In this document: piece by piece, positions 24,451-37,400 of the stretch
Layout of the letters: each line of letters starts with the position of its first letter
How positions within the stretch are numbered: the first letter of the stretch is position 1
From: Lytechinus pictus
Taxonomy: Eukaryota
Direction: 5' to 3'
NCBI RefSeq assembly: GCF_037042905.1
Contig: NC_087250.1
Span: forward strand, 20,276,001 to 20,340,000
DNA length: 64,000 nt
Position numbers and translations under genes: made by a program
Notes under the pieces: generated by a model
Databases searched by the model: none
What the model was told of the DNA's origin: nothing
What the model saw: the letters and a program-made list of their open reading frames with translations, nothing else

Positions 24451-24464
24451 GAATTACTGTTACC

Positions 24465-24905
24465 GCTCTGAAATCAGGTTTAATCTTATCTCCGGTCTGA
24501 AAATTTGGTTTAACTATGGAAAGCCACTTGTGAAACGAATCTCTTGCAATAGATATTTAATTTATCAGCTCATTTGACACCCAAATAATTCATTATTTTC
24601 TGGGTCGTTAAATGAAACAGATGTCTGGCGGATCCAGGGGGGGGGGGGGGGGCGGCCCGTGCACCCCCCCCCCCCCTCTTGAGAGGCACAATAAAGTAAA
24701 TAATGTAAAAATGCCGTTGATACAGAAGTGTGACCCCCCTTGAAAATGAAGAACTTTTTACAGAACTGCACCATTAAGGAATGAGGAGAGACCACAATAA
24801 ACATAACAAACATACAATGTAAACTAAATGTTGAAATCTTTGGCTTTCCATAATTCAAACATAGAGATCGTCCATGGTCTAATTTAAAGCGGACATCAGA
24901 ATAAG
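24465..24905. mobile_element. MITE in the subtilase 3'UTR with a nested GGCGGATCCAGG-type fragment (about 24626-24770)
   Basis: CTGAAATCAGGTTTAA...TAACTATGGAAAGCCA / TTGGCTTTCCATAATT...CATCAGAATA matches the 1103 and 15394 family. The nested part matches 50451-50721. Confidence 0.65.
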
Positions 24906-25107
24906 ATATTCAGAGTAGAGTACCTCTGAGTATACAAAACGGCTAATGATTTCAAATATGTTATGGTCCGCTGTCACGCGAAATATCTTTCCTAATTCAA
25001 TAATCATGCGCTTGTTATCCATTCTATATACATGGTGGAAGTAACAACATGTAAAATGGGAGCTGGAGCTTACTCTAAAATAATCTTTAATAGAGGTTCT
25101 CGACCTC

Positions 25108-25113
25108 AATAAA
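25108..25113 (+). terminator. Candidate polyadenylation signal of the subtilase gene
   Basis: AATAAA about 660 nt after the stop, followed by T/GT-rich sequence. Other AATAAA hexamers lie inside the 3'UTR MITE (about 24690 and 24796). Confidence 0.35.
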
Positions 25114-25152
25114 AAGTTAGTGAGCCATTGGTCTTATTTTAATTGTAGTCTG

Positions 25153-25193
25153 GATTATTGAGATATATATATATTGATTGATTGATTAATTGA

Positions 25194-25234
<41 letters not shown>

Positions 25235-25802
25235 AACATTGATTCATTCATTCATTTGTTGAGTCATTCCTTAATTCATTTGATGGTTGATTTACTGGTT
25301 GATTAATTGGTTCAATGATGGATTGATTTATGGTTAGTTTGATAATTACCATTAATTGATTCGTTGATGGATGGTTTGCATGATTGATTGATTGGTTGTT
25401 GGATTAATTTATGATTGATTGAGTGAATGATTGACTGAATGATTGATTGATTAATTGAAGAATTGATTGATTAATTGATATTGAATGATAACATTGATTG
25501 ATTGATTAATCAATTAAATGATAACATTGATTGATTGATAATAATTTGATGATTGATTGGTTGATTGATTGATTGATGGATGATTGATTGAATGATTGAT
25601 TGATTAATTGAATGAATGATTGATTGATTAATTGAATGATTGATTGATTAATTGAATGATAACTTTGATTGGTTGATTGATTGATTATAATTGCATGAAT
25701 GATTGATTGGTTAATTGATTGATTGATCGGTTGATTAGGTCGGTTGGTTAATTCATTGATTAATTGATTGAATGTTCGAGAGATTTGTTGAGATTCATTG
25801 AA
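25153..25802. repeat. Degenerate (ATTG)n microsatellite, continuing at 29422-29610 after the retroelement
   Basis: Directly visible on both sides of the insertion. Confidence 0.9.
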
Positions 25803-28376
25803 AAAAATGGCAGAGCAGATTTGTTTGGGAGATTCTTTCACACGATTTTTACCAAAAAAGCAACGGATTTCACTGAAAACAAGCAGAAATCTATTTTCGA
25901 ACAACATAAACAGAGGGAAAATAATAGACCAGAGGAAATAAACTCGCATGTCCTGAATGAGGAATTAAGTATTACAGAACTTAATAGAGCTATCGAAAAG
26001 AAAGGAAATTCTGCTCCGGGTAAGGATAAAATACCTTACATAGTATACCAAAACCTTCCTCTCGTAGCAAAAGAGTATTTACTTTTGCTCTTCAATTCGA
26101 TTTTGGAATCTCAACAAATCCCATCCCAGCTTAAGCACTCAATAATGATCCCAATTTTAAAACATAATGGAAACGCAAGTGATACCTCATCATATCGGCC
26201 CATAGCCTTATCATCATGCTTGATAAAAATCATGGAAACCATGATCAAGTCAAGGCTCGATTGGTTCCTCGAAAAACACGAAATATTACCATCCTTCATG
26301 AACGGTTTCAGAAGAAACCGGAGTGTCATAGATAGTATAGTGAACCTTGAGAACGACATTCAAAAGAGTATAAATAACAAGGAACATACATTAGCTATCT
26401 TTTTGGACATAAACAAAGCATATGATACGATATGGATAGAAGGCCTAATTCGTAAATTGAATGAAATAGGTATACAAGGTAACCTGCTTAGTTTTCTCCA
26501 CAACTTTTTGAAAGGCCGCACTTATGAAGTACGTGTTGATAAGCAATTATCAAAAGAATTCAAGATGGATAGAGGTCTCCCCCAAGGTAGTATCCTCAGT
26601 CCCACACTTTTTAACATTATGTTACATGATATCCCTACAGATCCCTCGATTAAAATTTCACTGTATGCCGATGACTGTGCAATATGGATCTCTGGCAGCA
26701 ATATCCCTTTCATTACCAAGAAAATACAAAATTATCTGAATGTTCTATTTGATTGGTTCTCCTCATGGGGCCTCCAGCTTTCCCAAAAGAAGACTGTCCC
26801 CATACTTTTTACTAAGAGCAGAAAATTATCTGAGATAAATCTTACTATAAATAGCATACCTTTAAAATGTGAAGATTCGCATCGCTTTTTAGGAATAATT
26901 TTTGATAAGAAACTTACCTGGACTCAACATATAGAGAACATTGCAACCAGATGTAAGAAAAAAATGAATATCCTCAGATGTTTAACTGGTACGTCATGGG
27001 GAAGCTCTTCTAAGTCCCTATTGATGATATATAGATCCTATATCCGATCCCTCCTGGACTACGGATGTGAGGCATATGATAGTGCTTCAGAAAGTGTTAA
27101 GAAAACTTTAGACTCAATACAATACCAATCTTTAAGGATATGTGCAGGTGCACTTCCACTTACCTCTTTAGCATCTCTACAAGTAGAAATGGGAGAAACT
27201 CCACTAGATCTCAGAAGACAACAGCTAGCTCATAAATTCAAACATAGTATAGAACTTCAACCTAAGCATCCTCTTTTCTCAAGCTTACAACCTTGCTGGC
27301 AATATCAGTATATGGAAGGTAAGAATTGCAATAAACCTTTCGGGTATCGAACAGCAAATTCGAATAATTACTTATGTATAGAAAAATTTAAACCCATAAA
27401 TTTTCCCCCTTGGCTACTAACGAAACCAGTTATATCAACGGAACTGACAAACAAGGTAAGTAAATCAGATAATCCATTATTTTTGCTACAAACAAGCTTA
27501 GAAATTATTAATACGAAATGGAATAATCAGCTCCACATTTTTACTGATGGATCCAAAACACCCAAGGAAAGGCGCAGTTCTGCAGCATTTTGCGTTCCAG
27601 CATTCTCTTATCAACAATCAAAGAGATTGTCAGATGGTACTTCTATTTACAGGACCGAACTGGCAGGTATCATGCTGGCCCTTAATTGGCTACACCAGTT
27701 AGATAACATCTATGTAGGTACTGTTATTTTCACAGACTCCTTAAGTGCTTTACTGGCACTAAAGAATAACAAAGAAGAAAATTTCATTTCGGAAATACTA
27801 TTAAGTTTGTCCCATCTAAAATTTAAAAATATTGATGTTAGTTTTGAATGGATCCCCTCCCACTGTGGAATAATGGGTAATGAACGTGCCGATTTTCACG
27901 CCAAAGCAGCTCTCAATAAACCCATAGAAATAACAAATCACTTATGTACGTCCGAAGTGAATAACATTTTAAAGATAATTTCTTTTAATCAATGGCAGTC
28001 CAGATGGCAAAACTCCCCTAATACCCACTATAAAGTAATCCAAAGGTCGGTCTTACAAACACCGACTTGCTCATTAGAACGAGCAAGAGAAAAGATATTT
28101 CGTCGACTCCGATTAGGTCATATAGGACTAAATGAAGATCTCTGGCGAATGAAAATACACCCAACGGGACAGTGCAATTCATGTCCGGAGAAAGAAACAA
28201 TTGAACACTACATTGTAAAATGCCCTAAGTATATAATTGAAAGGTCGATGCTTCTTGTCGAGGCAGACATCGCCGATCCCGAGGAAATCCTTAGGCTCCT
28301 GAATTCTTGGGACCCAGGTGTCCAAAGTGCACTGGTTCGTTTCGTTCAAAGAACGAAACGCTTCCAAAAAGAATAG
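25764..28376 (+). CDS. Truncated ORF2 of the I/Nimb-like element: RT, RNase H and C-terminal CCHC knuckle; endonuclease domain missing
   Basis: SAPGKDKI, SYRPIAL, NGFRR, FLDINKAYDTI, GLPQGSILSPTLFN, LYADD, GTSWG, YIRSLLDYG. RNase H motifs IFTDGS, RTELAGI, FTDSLS, WIPSHCGIMGNERAD. Knuckle CNSC...HYIVKC. The first ~13 codons come from the flanking microsatellite, so the listed start is not a real start codon. Confidence 0.9.
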   Translation: MIECSRDLLRFIEKNGRADLFGRFFHTIFTKKATDFTENKQKSIFEQHKQRENNRPEEINSHVLNEELSITELNRAIEKKGNSAPGKDKIPYIVYQNLPLVAKEYLLLLFNSILESQQIPSQLKHSIMIPILKHNGNASDTSSYRPIALSSCLIKIMETMIKSRLDWFLEKHEILPSFMNGFRRNRSVIDSIVNLENDIQKSINNKEHTLAIFLDINKAYDTIWIEGLIRKLNEIGIQGNLLSFLHNFLKGRTYEVRVDKQLSKEFKMDRGLPQGSILSPTLFNIMLHDIPTDPSIKISLYADDCAIWISGSNIPFITKKIQNYLNVLFDWFSSWGLQLSQKKTVPILFTKSRKLSEINLTINSIPLKCEDSHRFLGIIFDKKLTWTQHIENIATRCKKKMNILRCLTGTSWGSSSKSLLMIYRSYIRSLLDYGCEAYDSASESVKKTLDSIQYQSLRICAGALPLTSLASLQVEMGETPLDLRRQQLAHKFKHSIELQPKHPLFSSLQPCWQYQYMEGKNCNKPFGYRTANSNNYLCIEKFKPINFPPWLLTKPVISTELTNKVSKSDNPLFLLQTSLEIINTKWNNQLHIFTDGSKTPKERRSSAAFCVPAFSYQQSKRLSDGTSIYRTELAGIMLALNWLHQLDNIYVGTVIFTDSLSALLALKNNKEENFISEILLSLSHLKFKNIDVSFEWIPSHCGIMGNERADFHAKAALNKPIEITNHLCTSEVNNILKIISFNQWQSRWQNSPNTHYKVIQRSVLQTPTCSLERAREKIFRRLRLGHIGLNEDLWRMKIHPTGQCNSCPEKETIEHYIVKCPKYIIERSMLLVEADIADPEEILRLLNSWDPGVQSALVRFVQRTKRFQKE

Positions 28377-29421
28377 CAGGAAAGTTTTTTTTTTTTTTTT
28401 TTTTTTTTTTTATCCGTGAAGGAAGGGAGAAATATATCTATTTGATTAGTATGTAATTATTTATTTGTTCATATAGGTACATATGTGTGTATTTGTGTAT
28501 ATATATATGTCATTTATATGAGTATGATGACCACATGAGACGATGGTTATTGTTCTGTTTGTTTTAGAATAAGATGTATCTCTCTTCCCTCTGGGTTATA
28601 TTCCTTGTATTCAGTAGAGCTCATTATCATTTTGAAAAAAAAGAAAAAGAGAAAAAAAAAAAGAAGAGAAAAGAGAAAAAACTGAGAAAGACAAAGGAAA
28701 TAAAGAAAAAATAAAAGGGAAAAGAAAGGAAAAGGAAAGGAAGGAGGAAAAAAGAAAAGAAAAAAAAAGAAGAAAATGGAAGGAAGAGGAGAAGAAATGA
28801 AAGGAAAAAGAATAAAGATGAAGAAATTGAAAAAAAAAATGTATATGCATGTGTGTGTATATACATATAATTTTTTTTACTAACTCGATCATATCCATCT
28901 AACTTACAACCTTGATTTAACAATGCACCATTTCATTTATTAAAGCCCTCATTTTGGATGCCCCCATAAATTTCGAATAATCCGAACCTCCCCATATCAA
29001 ATTTTATATTTTCTCTTTACAAAACAAAACAGACATACATGTATTTGATTGGTAATTATATGCGAGATCATTTCACGGGAAAAGACTCTTTAACAGTTTA
29101 TTGCTCTATTTCTTTTCCGAGTTTCAAGACTATAGAGTATCCCAAATAAAAGGGAGCCCCCTGTCTACACCGGAGAGACAGGACGATGTCTGGACGGTGT
29201 CGTTAGAAGGGACGGGATCATGCGGTAACCTGTAAGATACGATAGCCTTTATAATAATAAAAATTATTATTAAAAAACAAAAAACAAAAACAAACAAAGA
29301 AAGGAGAGGAACGATTATAAAGGACACGTCAAAGAAAAGAAAGAAAATAATAGTTGACCAAACGAGTTGGCGGTTATAGTCAAATATGACTGGTCGCCAT
29401 TAATTTCCAACAAACAACAAC
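25803..29421 (+). mobile_element. 5'-truncated I-group (Nimb-like) non-LTR retrotransposon inserted in an (ATTG)n tract
   Basis: RT-RNase H ORF, about 1 kb 3'UTR, terminal hairpin at 29369-29398 and a short (CAA)n tail at 29408-29421. Degenerate ATTG repeats resume on both sides. Candidate TSD CATTGAA at 25796-25802 and 29421-29427, ambiguous because of low complexity. Confidence 0.85.
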
Positions 29422-30018
29422 ATTGAATATTGATTAATTGATAAGTCAATGATTGGAAAATTGATTGATTGACTAACATAAATGAACCATTGAATAATTC
29501 TATTTGCCTGATTATTTAATTGCTTGGTTTACTTGATTCGTTGGATCATATTGATCGGGTACTGAATTGACCGATTGATTCATTAGATCGTTTCACATTG
29601 TTTGATCTGTTTATTGAAAGTTGAATTGTGTATAGCTGGTAAAATACATTAGAATTTATCTAGAATTGTGTTGCAAGGGTCTTTAAAGAATACGTCTAAT
29701 CATTCTCAATGAAACTTTTCACATCAAATTGAATTCAATATCACTATTTCGCTCAGAAAATATTTGAAAATATATTGGAGAATATACTGCAAATCAGCCA
29801 TCCCTACCCTATCAACATGATCAAGCTTTCATATTTTTTGTTCTTTTTCCTCCATACAATCCCCCCCCCCCCACTTCCTGTTCCCCTTAACCTTTGGAGC
29901 TCTGATTCTTTTTTTCTCCTTCACGGTCTCTCTCCCAACCCCCCTCCACCTCTCTTCTCTTGCTCTTTCTTTCCCCACCTTTCTCCCGTACCTCTCCCCT
30001 CCACACCCTCTCTATATC

Positions 30019-30186
30019 CACCGGCGGATCCAAGGGGGGGGGGCAAAGCCGGCCCTTGCCCCCCTTTTGAAAGTGAATACCTTTTTTTTGCTAGTCAATG
30101 TCCTTTTTTTTTTTAGTTGAAAACCCTTATTTCGTCGGGGAAATGTGCCCCCCCCCTATTTTTGGAAAATCCTGGATCCGCCCCTG
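30019..30186. mobile_element. hAT-like MITE (CAGGGGCGGATCC family)
   Basis: CACCGGCGGATCCAAG ... CCTGGATCCGCCCCTG, with degenerate 8-bp flanks TCTATATC / CCTCTATC. Confidence 0.7.
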
Positions 30187-30519
30187 CCTCTATCTTCCTC
30201 TCTCCCGTTCTCTCTCTCTCCCTTACCCTTTCTCCCCCTCTATCTCTCCTCTCTCATTTAGTTATGATACCTCACTGAAGCGGGACAAACAATACAAAAG
30301 ACTCTACATGTCGATTCTTTTGTATTACCTAATCCTAGTGGCCTAAGACCTCTGTTCGCACGCATTTTTTGCTTTTTTATAAATCGATGCGGTGTGGTTT
30401 TTCAATTGTGTGTGTTCAAAGGGTTTGCGTGTGTAAACGAAATTTGGATCTCGGTACACAAAATAAGGGCGCGTCGCCACTGATCTGTATCGTCGAAAGC
30501 TATTTTGCATCGTGCGATA

Positions 30520-30661
30520 GCATTAGTATTGCCCGGTTGTTTTATATTTCGTTCGCATATTACTGTCTATTGAATGGTTGCAAAAGTTAATCTCCCCAAA
30601 AGACACAGCAGAACGTTCGAAGAGGAAACTTTCTTCAGTTGCTTCGGTCTTAGATTTGAAG
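30520..30661 (+). other. Putative non-coding first exon of paralog A
   Basis: Strong donor AAG|GTAAGT at 30662 in unique, CpG-richer sequence. The ATG exon starts at an acceptor (TTGCAG|34467). The 5' end is uncertain. Confidence 0.45.
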
Positions 30662-31504
30662 GTAAGTCGGATAAGTCGACGGATATAAGTTTGGCGAAAA
30701 GTTTGAAAACATTATTTACCACCGCGGAACGACATGTTATAGCGGAAGAAATGTTACAAGACATGGGACCAATCTAACTTCTTTCTCACAAGTTTTAGTG
30801 TTCAGTCTCTGCTCTACCAAATTATTACGATTACCATAATGAGGTGGCACTTCCGATTGTTCCTTCGAGTTAAATTATGGCTAGACAAGTCCCTAAACAA
30901 CTGATTAATTGGCGTCAAATGAGATAAAACTTATTATATGTATTCCTTATTAGGGCTTATTCATCTGTTTTATTCTATGCAGTCAATTAAAGGGTTAACA
31001 GTCCTTTGGCATCTGTTTGACTTTGCCTATATACACATTCGCCTCGAAATATATTTCACTTCGGGTGGATATGTAGAGAGAGACCGTATCTTTTATGAAC
31101 CTCGCAATAGTACGACTGATATCGACAAAATAACGATTTTTTTTTTAAAAACAAGTGCACACCTAGTTACCAATAATGCACATATCATTTCCATTTATTT
31201 GAAAGCAGGATAAAAGAGCATAATAAAGTCGATTTTTTTTTTTGCATTTGAAATGTTTATAAACTGCACTCACGGACTATATCTTAAATAAACTTTTATT
31301 TGGGTTCTGCGCTCATATCACATGAACATGATGCATGATACCTTGCTCTTAGTATGATAATATATGTGATCATAATTATTCTTATTATCATTAGTTTTAG
31401 TATCACTAGTATGATTATGATGATGATAATTATTATCATTGTTGATATAATTTTTATTATTATCATTACTTTAAAAAAAACTTAATTTCATAAATGTATA
31501 TCAG

Positions 31505-31730
31505 TTGAATCAATATTGTGTAGCATTAATGGTTTTTAAACATAAACAAAATAAAGTGCCGTATAATCTTGCCTTTATGATCAAAGGTAAAATATTGATT
31601 CACAGTTATAACACTAGAAATCCTGAAAATTATTATGTTGAAGAATGTAAAAATGCAGCATCTTCATTTTCTTTTAAATTCAAAGGACCTTGCATTGGAA
31701 TCCTCTTACCCGTATCATCAAACAGATCTC
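31505..31730 (+). mobile_element. Decayed C-terminal relic of a CR1-group ORF2
   Basis: IHSYNTRNPENYYV...FSFKFKGP aligns by eye with [14 protein letters not shown]...TIVFEGP of the intact LINE. Confidence 0.6.
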
Positions 31731-31955
31731 ATCCGGTCCGTGCCCCCCCCCCCTTTTGGGTCATAGACAATATTTTTATGTACATATGTAGTTAATACAA
31801 AAGTGTACCCCCCCCCCCCCCTTTTGAGAGTCACAGTAAATATTTTTTTTTATGGAAACATGTTTCAAATATATGTCGTTCATGTAATAGGTAGTAGGTC
31901 CATGTTCATACACAAATGATCGAGGACCATTTTGTTTTTCTTGTCAGATTTTACC

Positions 31956-32627
31956 CCGGGGGGGGGGGGGCACTTCCATTGACGAGTGGATACCATGCGC
32001 GACCACGGTGTCTTGAAAAGCACCCTAAACACGTATTTTCCATATTCTAAAAATGCACCCCTTAACAAGTATTGGCGTGTGAAATCCTACCCTTAACAAG
32101 TATTGGAAACAAATACTATTGGCAAGTATTCCCAGAACTGAGCCCTTAAACAAGTACAGCGATGTATTTTCCATATTCTGAAAATGCACCCCTTAACAAG
32201 TATTGGAAACAAAACGATACTCTTAGCAAGTATTCGCTGAAATGAACCCCTAAACAAGTACAGAGATATTTTATTGATATGTCACGCGTCCGTCGGTCGT
32301 CGGTTTTACCTTTTTACACCATTATTTTGGTTTAATACGGCCCCACCTTCCACACCTCGCGCAAATCGGACTCTAAACACGTAGTGTTGGGGCAAAAAGG
32401 ACATCCTTTATAAAACATTTTGATTTTGTTTTATCATCCCCCCATATTTGACCCTGAACACGTATATTTTTCCGAGCGAAATAGATACCCTTTTTTCAAT
32501 ATTTTTGTGTTTTTGACACCCTTATCACGTTACGTACGTAACGTGCCCTATCTTGAAAAAGACATCCTTTTTACGTGTTTTCTTGTTCGCGCATGGTATC
32601 CACTCGTCAATGTAAGTGGCCCCCCGG
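31956..32627. mobile_element. Mutator-like non-autonomous element with a perfect 9-bp TSD
   Basis: TIR CCGGG(G)nCACTT[CA]CATTGACGAGTGGATACCATGCGCGA at both ends. GATTTTACC at 31947-31955 and 32628-32636 (7 bp if the termini are drawn as CCCGGG). Internal tandem CCCTTAACAAGTATTGG repeats. Confidence 0.8.
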
Positions 32628-32654
32628 GATTTTACCTTTGTTTTATTTGCTTGT

Positions 32655-33735
32655 CATTGTTATAATCACCATCACCACCACCACCAAAATCATCGTCATT
32701 ATAATCATTATTATCATCATTGTCATAATCACGATAATCACCACCACCATCATCATTATCATCATCATAAACACCACCACCATCATTATCATCATCATCA
32801 TCATCACCATTATCCATATCATCATTGTCATAATCACCATCACCACCACCATCATCATCATTTTCATCATTATCTTCATCATACTCGTCATGATTTTCAC
32901 CAAAGTCATCATCATAACCATCCTCCTCATCTTCATCATCATCATCATCATCCACATTGTTATCATCATTACGATCGCCAATAACATACATGTAGTTGTC
33001 ATCATCATCATCATCATCATCATCATAATCATCATCATATCATCATCATTTCATCATTATCATCATCATACTCGTCATGATTTTCACCAACATCATCATC
33101 ATAATCATCCTCCTCATCTTCTTCATCATCATCATCATCATCATCTTCTTCTTCATCATCATCATCATCATCATCATTGTCATCATCATCATCATTGTCA
33201 TCATCATCATTATCATCATCATTGTCATCATCATCATCATTGTCATCATCATCATTGTCATCATCATCATTGTCATCATCATCATTGTCATCATCATCAT
33301 CATTGTCATCATCATCATCATTGTCATCATCATCATTGTCATCATCATCATCATCATTGTCATTATCATCATCATCATTATCATCATCATTGTCATCATC
33401 ATTGTCATCATCATCATTATTATCATCATCGTCATCACCATCATCATCATTGTCATCATTATCATCATCATCATCAATATCCTCATCATCACCATCATCA
33501 TCATCATCATTGTCATCATTATCATCATCATCATCACTATCCTCACCATCATCATCATCATCATTGTCATCATCATCATCATCATTATCCTCATCATCAC
33601 CATCATCATCATCATCATCATCATCATTGTCATCATTATCACCATCATCATCATCATTGTTATCATTATCATCATCGTCATTATCATCATCATCATCATC
33701 CTTGACATCATCGACAGCACTGATGCCATCATCAT
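32655..33735. repeat. (CAT)n microsatellite
   Basis: Directly visible; all six frames give homopolymeric ORFs. Confidence 0.95.
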
Positions 33736-34490
33736 GATTCTATTATCAATGCAATTATCAACACCATGAACCATGAAAATAATATAAAAGTAATTGACAC
33801 ATCAATCACCGCTTTCACAATAGCACCACTAAAGAGAAGTAAGTTGGTTTCAAAAAAGAAATATCGAAGAATAAGATCAATTACAATTTGAGAACAATTG
33901 AACAAGCAATGGGAATGGTATGAGCATTTGAATGTTTAAAATGCTAATGATATGGAGATCTTTTTATTGGCAATGCGACCAAGATTAAGATGTCACAGCT
34001 CTCATCGGAGCATCTACTTTTGCTCGTTCTAATGAAAGTACAACGCATGTCTTTGTCCGCCGTGGGCCTATATTTCTTAATAACTCTGCAGCATTACAAG
34101 TCCTTCCATGGGGAAAAACACCTGATCCATGGACAGACTTCATTAAAAGTGAAATTTTAAGTAAGATATTGAGAAAAGTAGTTGGGGAGTGTACAAGTGT
34201 AACGCCATCATGACCATACATGCATATCACATTGCCAGTAGTGTCCACTTCATTCGTAATCTCAGCATTATAATTTTCTGTAACTTTTGTAATATTTTTC
34301 ACCTTTTCTCAATTTGGAAGTTTCATTGGTTTGTTTCTTTGTTTTTTTTTCTGTTTTCACGATACAAGCTTACTAGTCCCAAGGGTTTTATTCCCCTTTA
34401 AAGAGATTGACATGATGGTCATCATTTCTGAATATGATTTCAAATCATGTTTCATCTGTCTTGCAGGTCCGCGGCTCTTACATCACAACC

Positions 34491-37400
34491 ATGTTCAGGC
34501 AAAAGTTTCTTGGTTTCACGGGAGTGGTAATGATCGCCTATGGGATCATTCTCGCACTCCAAGGGAACGGGGCAGCGTTAAGGTTCGGTCATGCCGCCGC
34601 CGCAGTCCCGCTCTGGTGCGGTCTCCTGGTAAGTGTAAACACACCTTCATGCTATCTTATCTTGGAAGAACCATGGAAGAACATTAGAGTGAATTATTAT
34701 CATTTATGAAAATACGAAAAAATCGCGTGACATTAACACCTCTTTATTATCAGGTCGAAATATAATATGAAAATTATTCGCGCTTCGCGGTCGCATCCAA
34801 TGTTTAATTAGATAACAATTCTCACGATTCTGTTAATGTTTACCAAAGGTGATTAGAGTACCCCATTTAAGGTCTAAATCTATAAAAATATATAAATAAA
34901 AGATTTGTTTCTGCGTCATGCATGTATGCTTTATCTATCATTTATTAAAACTTGCTAGGGCTGTCTAGTTTTTCAGGTCGAAATATCAATCGTTCAGTAG
35001 CTTAAGTGAGCTACCCATCCTGTTCATGTTTTAAAAGATGCTTGTACTGTTCATTGGTAAGGTCTGATAATAAGATAAATTGCAGCTAGCGCTTCGCGCT
35101 CCCATTTTTGATTGCTTACATTTGTATCCTATTCATAAGATACTGCAAACAATCTTTGACAGATCCCATTTCAGGTCAGTATTTCAAAAATTTCAGCTCG
35201 TGCTCTGCATTTCTTTATCTTTGTTTGTATAAGTCAAACAGTATGTTTTGTGAGTAAATCTGGTTTTGATTACAAAAACTTATCAGAGTGCTCAATTTTT
35301 ACGTCTGAATACATGACAGATTAAAAAATGAGCTCGCACTTCGCACCCGCACTATTTATTTTAGTCCTTATGATATACGTTATCTTATTTGTAAGAATAA
35401 ACCTATGATGTACTTATTTTAATCTTTAGTCTTTATTTAGAACTACCCCCTAAAAAAAAAATCAGCTTTTAGCGGCCGATCAGGGAAAATGTAGATATTT
35501 TTCCGTCCCCTCCCCTTCGCCCTATTCGCCCAAGCTGGATCCACCCCTGCACCTTTTACTTTTATAAGCTTCCACCGCCAATCAAAATAACAACTATTAA
35601 TAAAACGACCCCCTTGCCCCAATAAAACACGGATATCAGATAAGATTTGAAAAGGGAATGTTCGAAAATTCAAATAAATACAAAAACAATGAAACTTAAC
35701 AATTCCTTCGTAACCATATATACATGTACTTGATTGTCTGGATAATATTTGTTAGGTCACCATCGAATACAGTGGGACCAGCCCAATGGTACGTGTTTGC
35801 ATGTCGGAGTAAAGCAAACACGAATTCAATGCAAACATAATTTCGCAGTGATATGGAAAACTATGAACCAATTCAGACTTTTGTACACTCTGTAGGATAT
35901 AGGACACACCCAAAATTTTCCAAAAACTATCAAAAGCAATTTGAATCAATTTGACCCCGCATGGCTCAATGACAATATTATTACATGTAGACTGTGCGTT
36001 CAACTGCGGGCACCACCTTGTTATACTGTTCATTATAAATACAATGAATACTTAGCGAGCTTTGTGGAGTAATTTTGTTGGAATGTAGCGAAGTTAAAGA
36101 CAAAATATGATTACAAGTCATGTAACCCGATTATATATAGAGATGATTTTCTGTTTAGTTCTTTGTAAGTCCACGCATCATCGGTAATTGATAGTTTATG
36201 ATATTTATTCCTCAAATTTTATGCAATATATAATTTGCGAGTTTTGTACTGTTGAAATATAGCGTAGTTAAAGACAAAATATGATTACACGTAAATTAAT
36301 TTTAGAGATGTTTGGTTATAACATCTAAGTCCATTTGTGATCGGTCATTTCTAAATAGTTATGACAGATTTTCTTTAAATGCAATAATTAATTTGCGAAT
36401 TTTGTAGAGTAATTCTGTTACTTATGGCATGTTTATTTTTTTCCTTCCTTGAGTAAGTGTTTTGTTAGAATGGATTCACATAATTATTTCCCATAAATTG
36501 TGTTTTTTTTATTTGGCTTTTCAAAGTTTTCATTTAAAATTTTAATCAGTTTGTTTTAATTAATCTTTGAGTAATAGAGTAGTAAATGCCAAATAAATTT
36601 AAACGTTTGAAACAGAATACATGTTTCTATTATTTATATTGCATCAATCAATAACTATTAGCAATGACTTTTTTGCATATTTTCTCTCTTCGTGGTCATT
36701 ATTTTGATATCATTAATGTGAATAATCCGCTATTTATATATGCTTATGAGAAATGCTTACATATTTTACAGGTAAACAACAATAGACCTACAGTCAATAT
36801 AGTTTCACAGTATAAAATAACGCATAGTCTAAGCCCGTTACCCTGACAACAAGTTGTTGAAAACTTTTACAAATTATAAAAAAAAACTTTTGGAAATGAT
36901 TAATCTTTTAAAACTCTGTTGTTTAAAACTTTTTGAACAATTTGTTTAAAACCTTAAACAATAGTTATTAGAGTAACGGGCATAAAATGCGTGGTAAAAA
37001 AAATCACTGAACAGCGTTTTTTTTTTACCGTGGAACCGCTCTTTATAGCATCATCATATTTTTTAAATTTAATCCGGCCCGTATTAATTCACTGTGTAAA
37101 ACGCTCTAATACCATACAATCTCACTATATATATTTCAACTTCACCGAGTTCGATTCGCCCTTTAAGCTCGTCATTTTTTTTGCATTATGACGTACTGTG
37201 TATGGAATGAAGGGTAGCGAACGTCTTTTATTTACACTGTTATTTATCAAAAGGTTCTTTCTCTTTTTATTCAAGTTTTGTGACCCGAATTAAAGCCATT
37301 GTCATATTATGATACTCCACCCGATAATTCTACATGCAGGTCGATGCACAGTAAAAATGCTGATTAAATTTTTATAAAGGCCCACATACATGAGATATTA

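Noticed and set aside
25764..25802. Apparent start codon of the RT-RNase H ORF
   Set aside because: It lies in the flanking microsatellite. The element is 5'-truncated and lacks its endonuclease, so it is not autonomous.
32575..33774. 376-aa His/Cys-rich ORF and overlapping poly-Ile, poly-Met and poly-Ser ORFs
   Set aside because: These are translations of a (CAT)n microsatellite open in most frames, located in an intron, with no splice or codon evidence.
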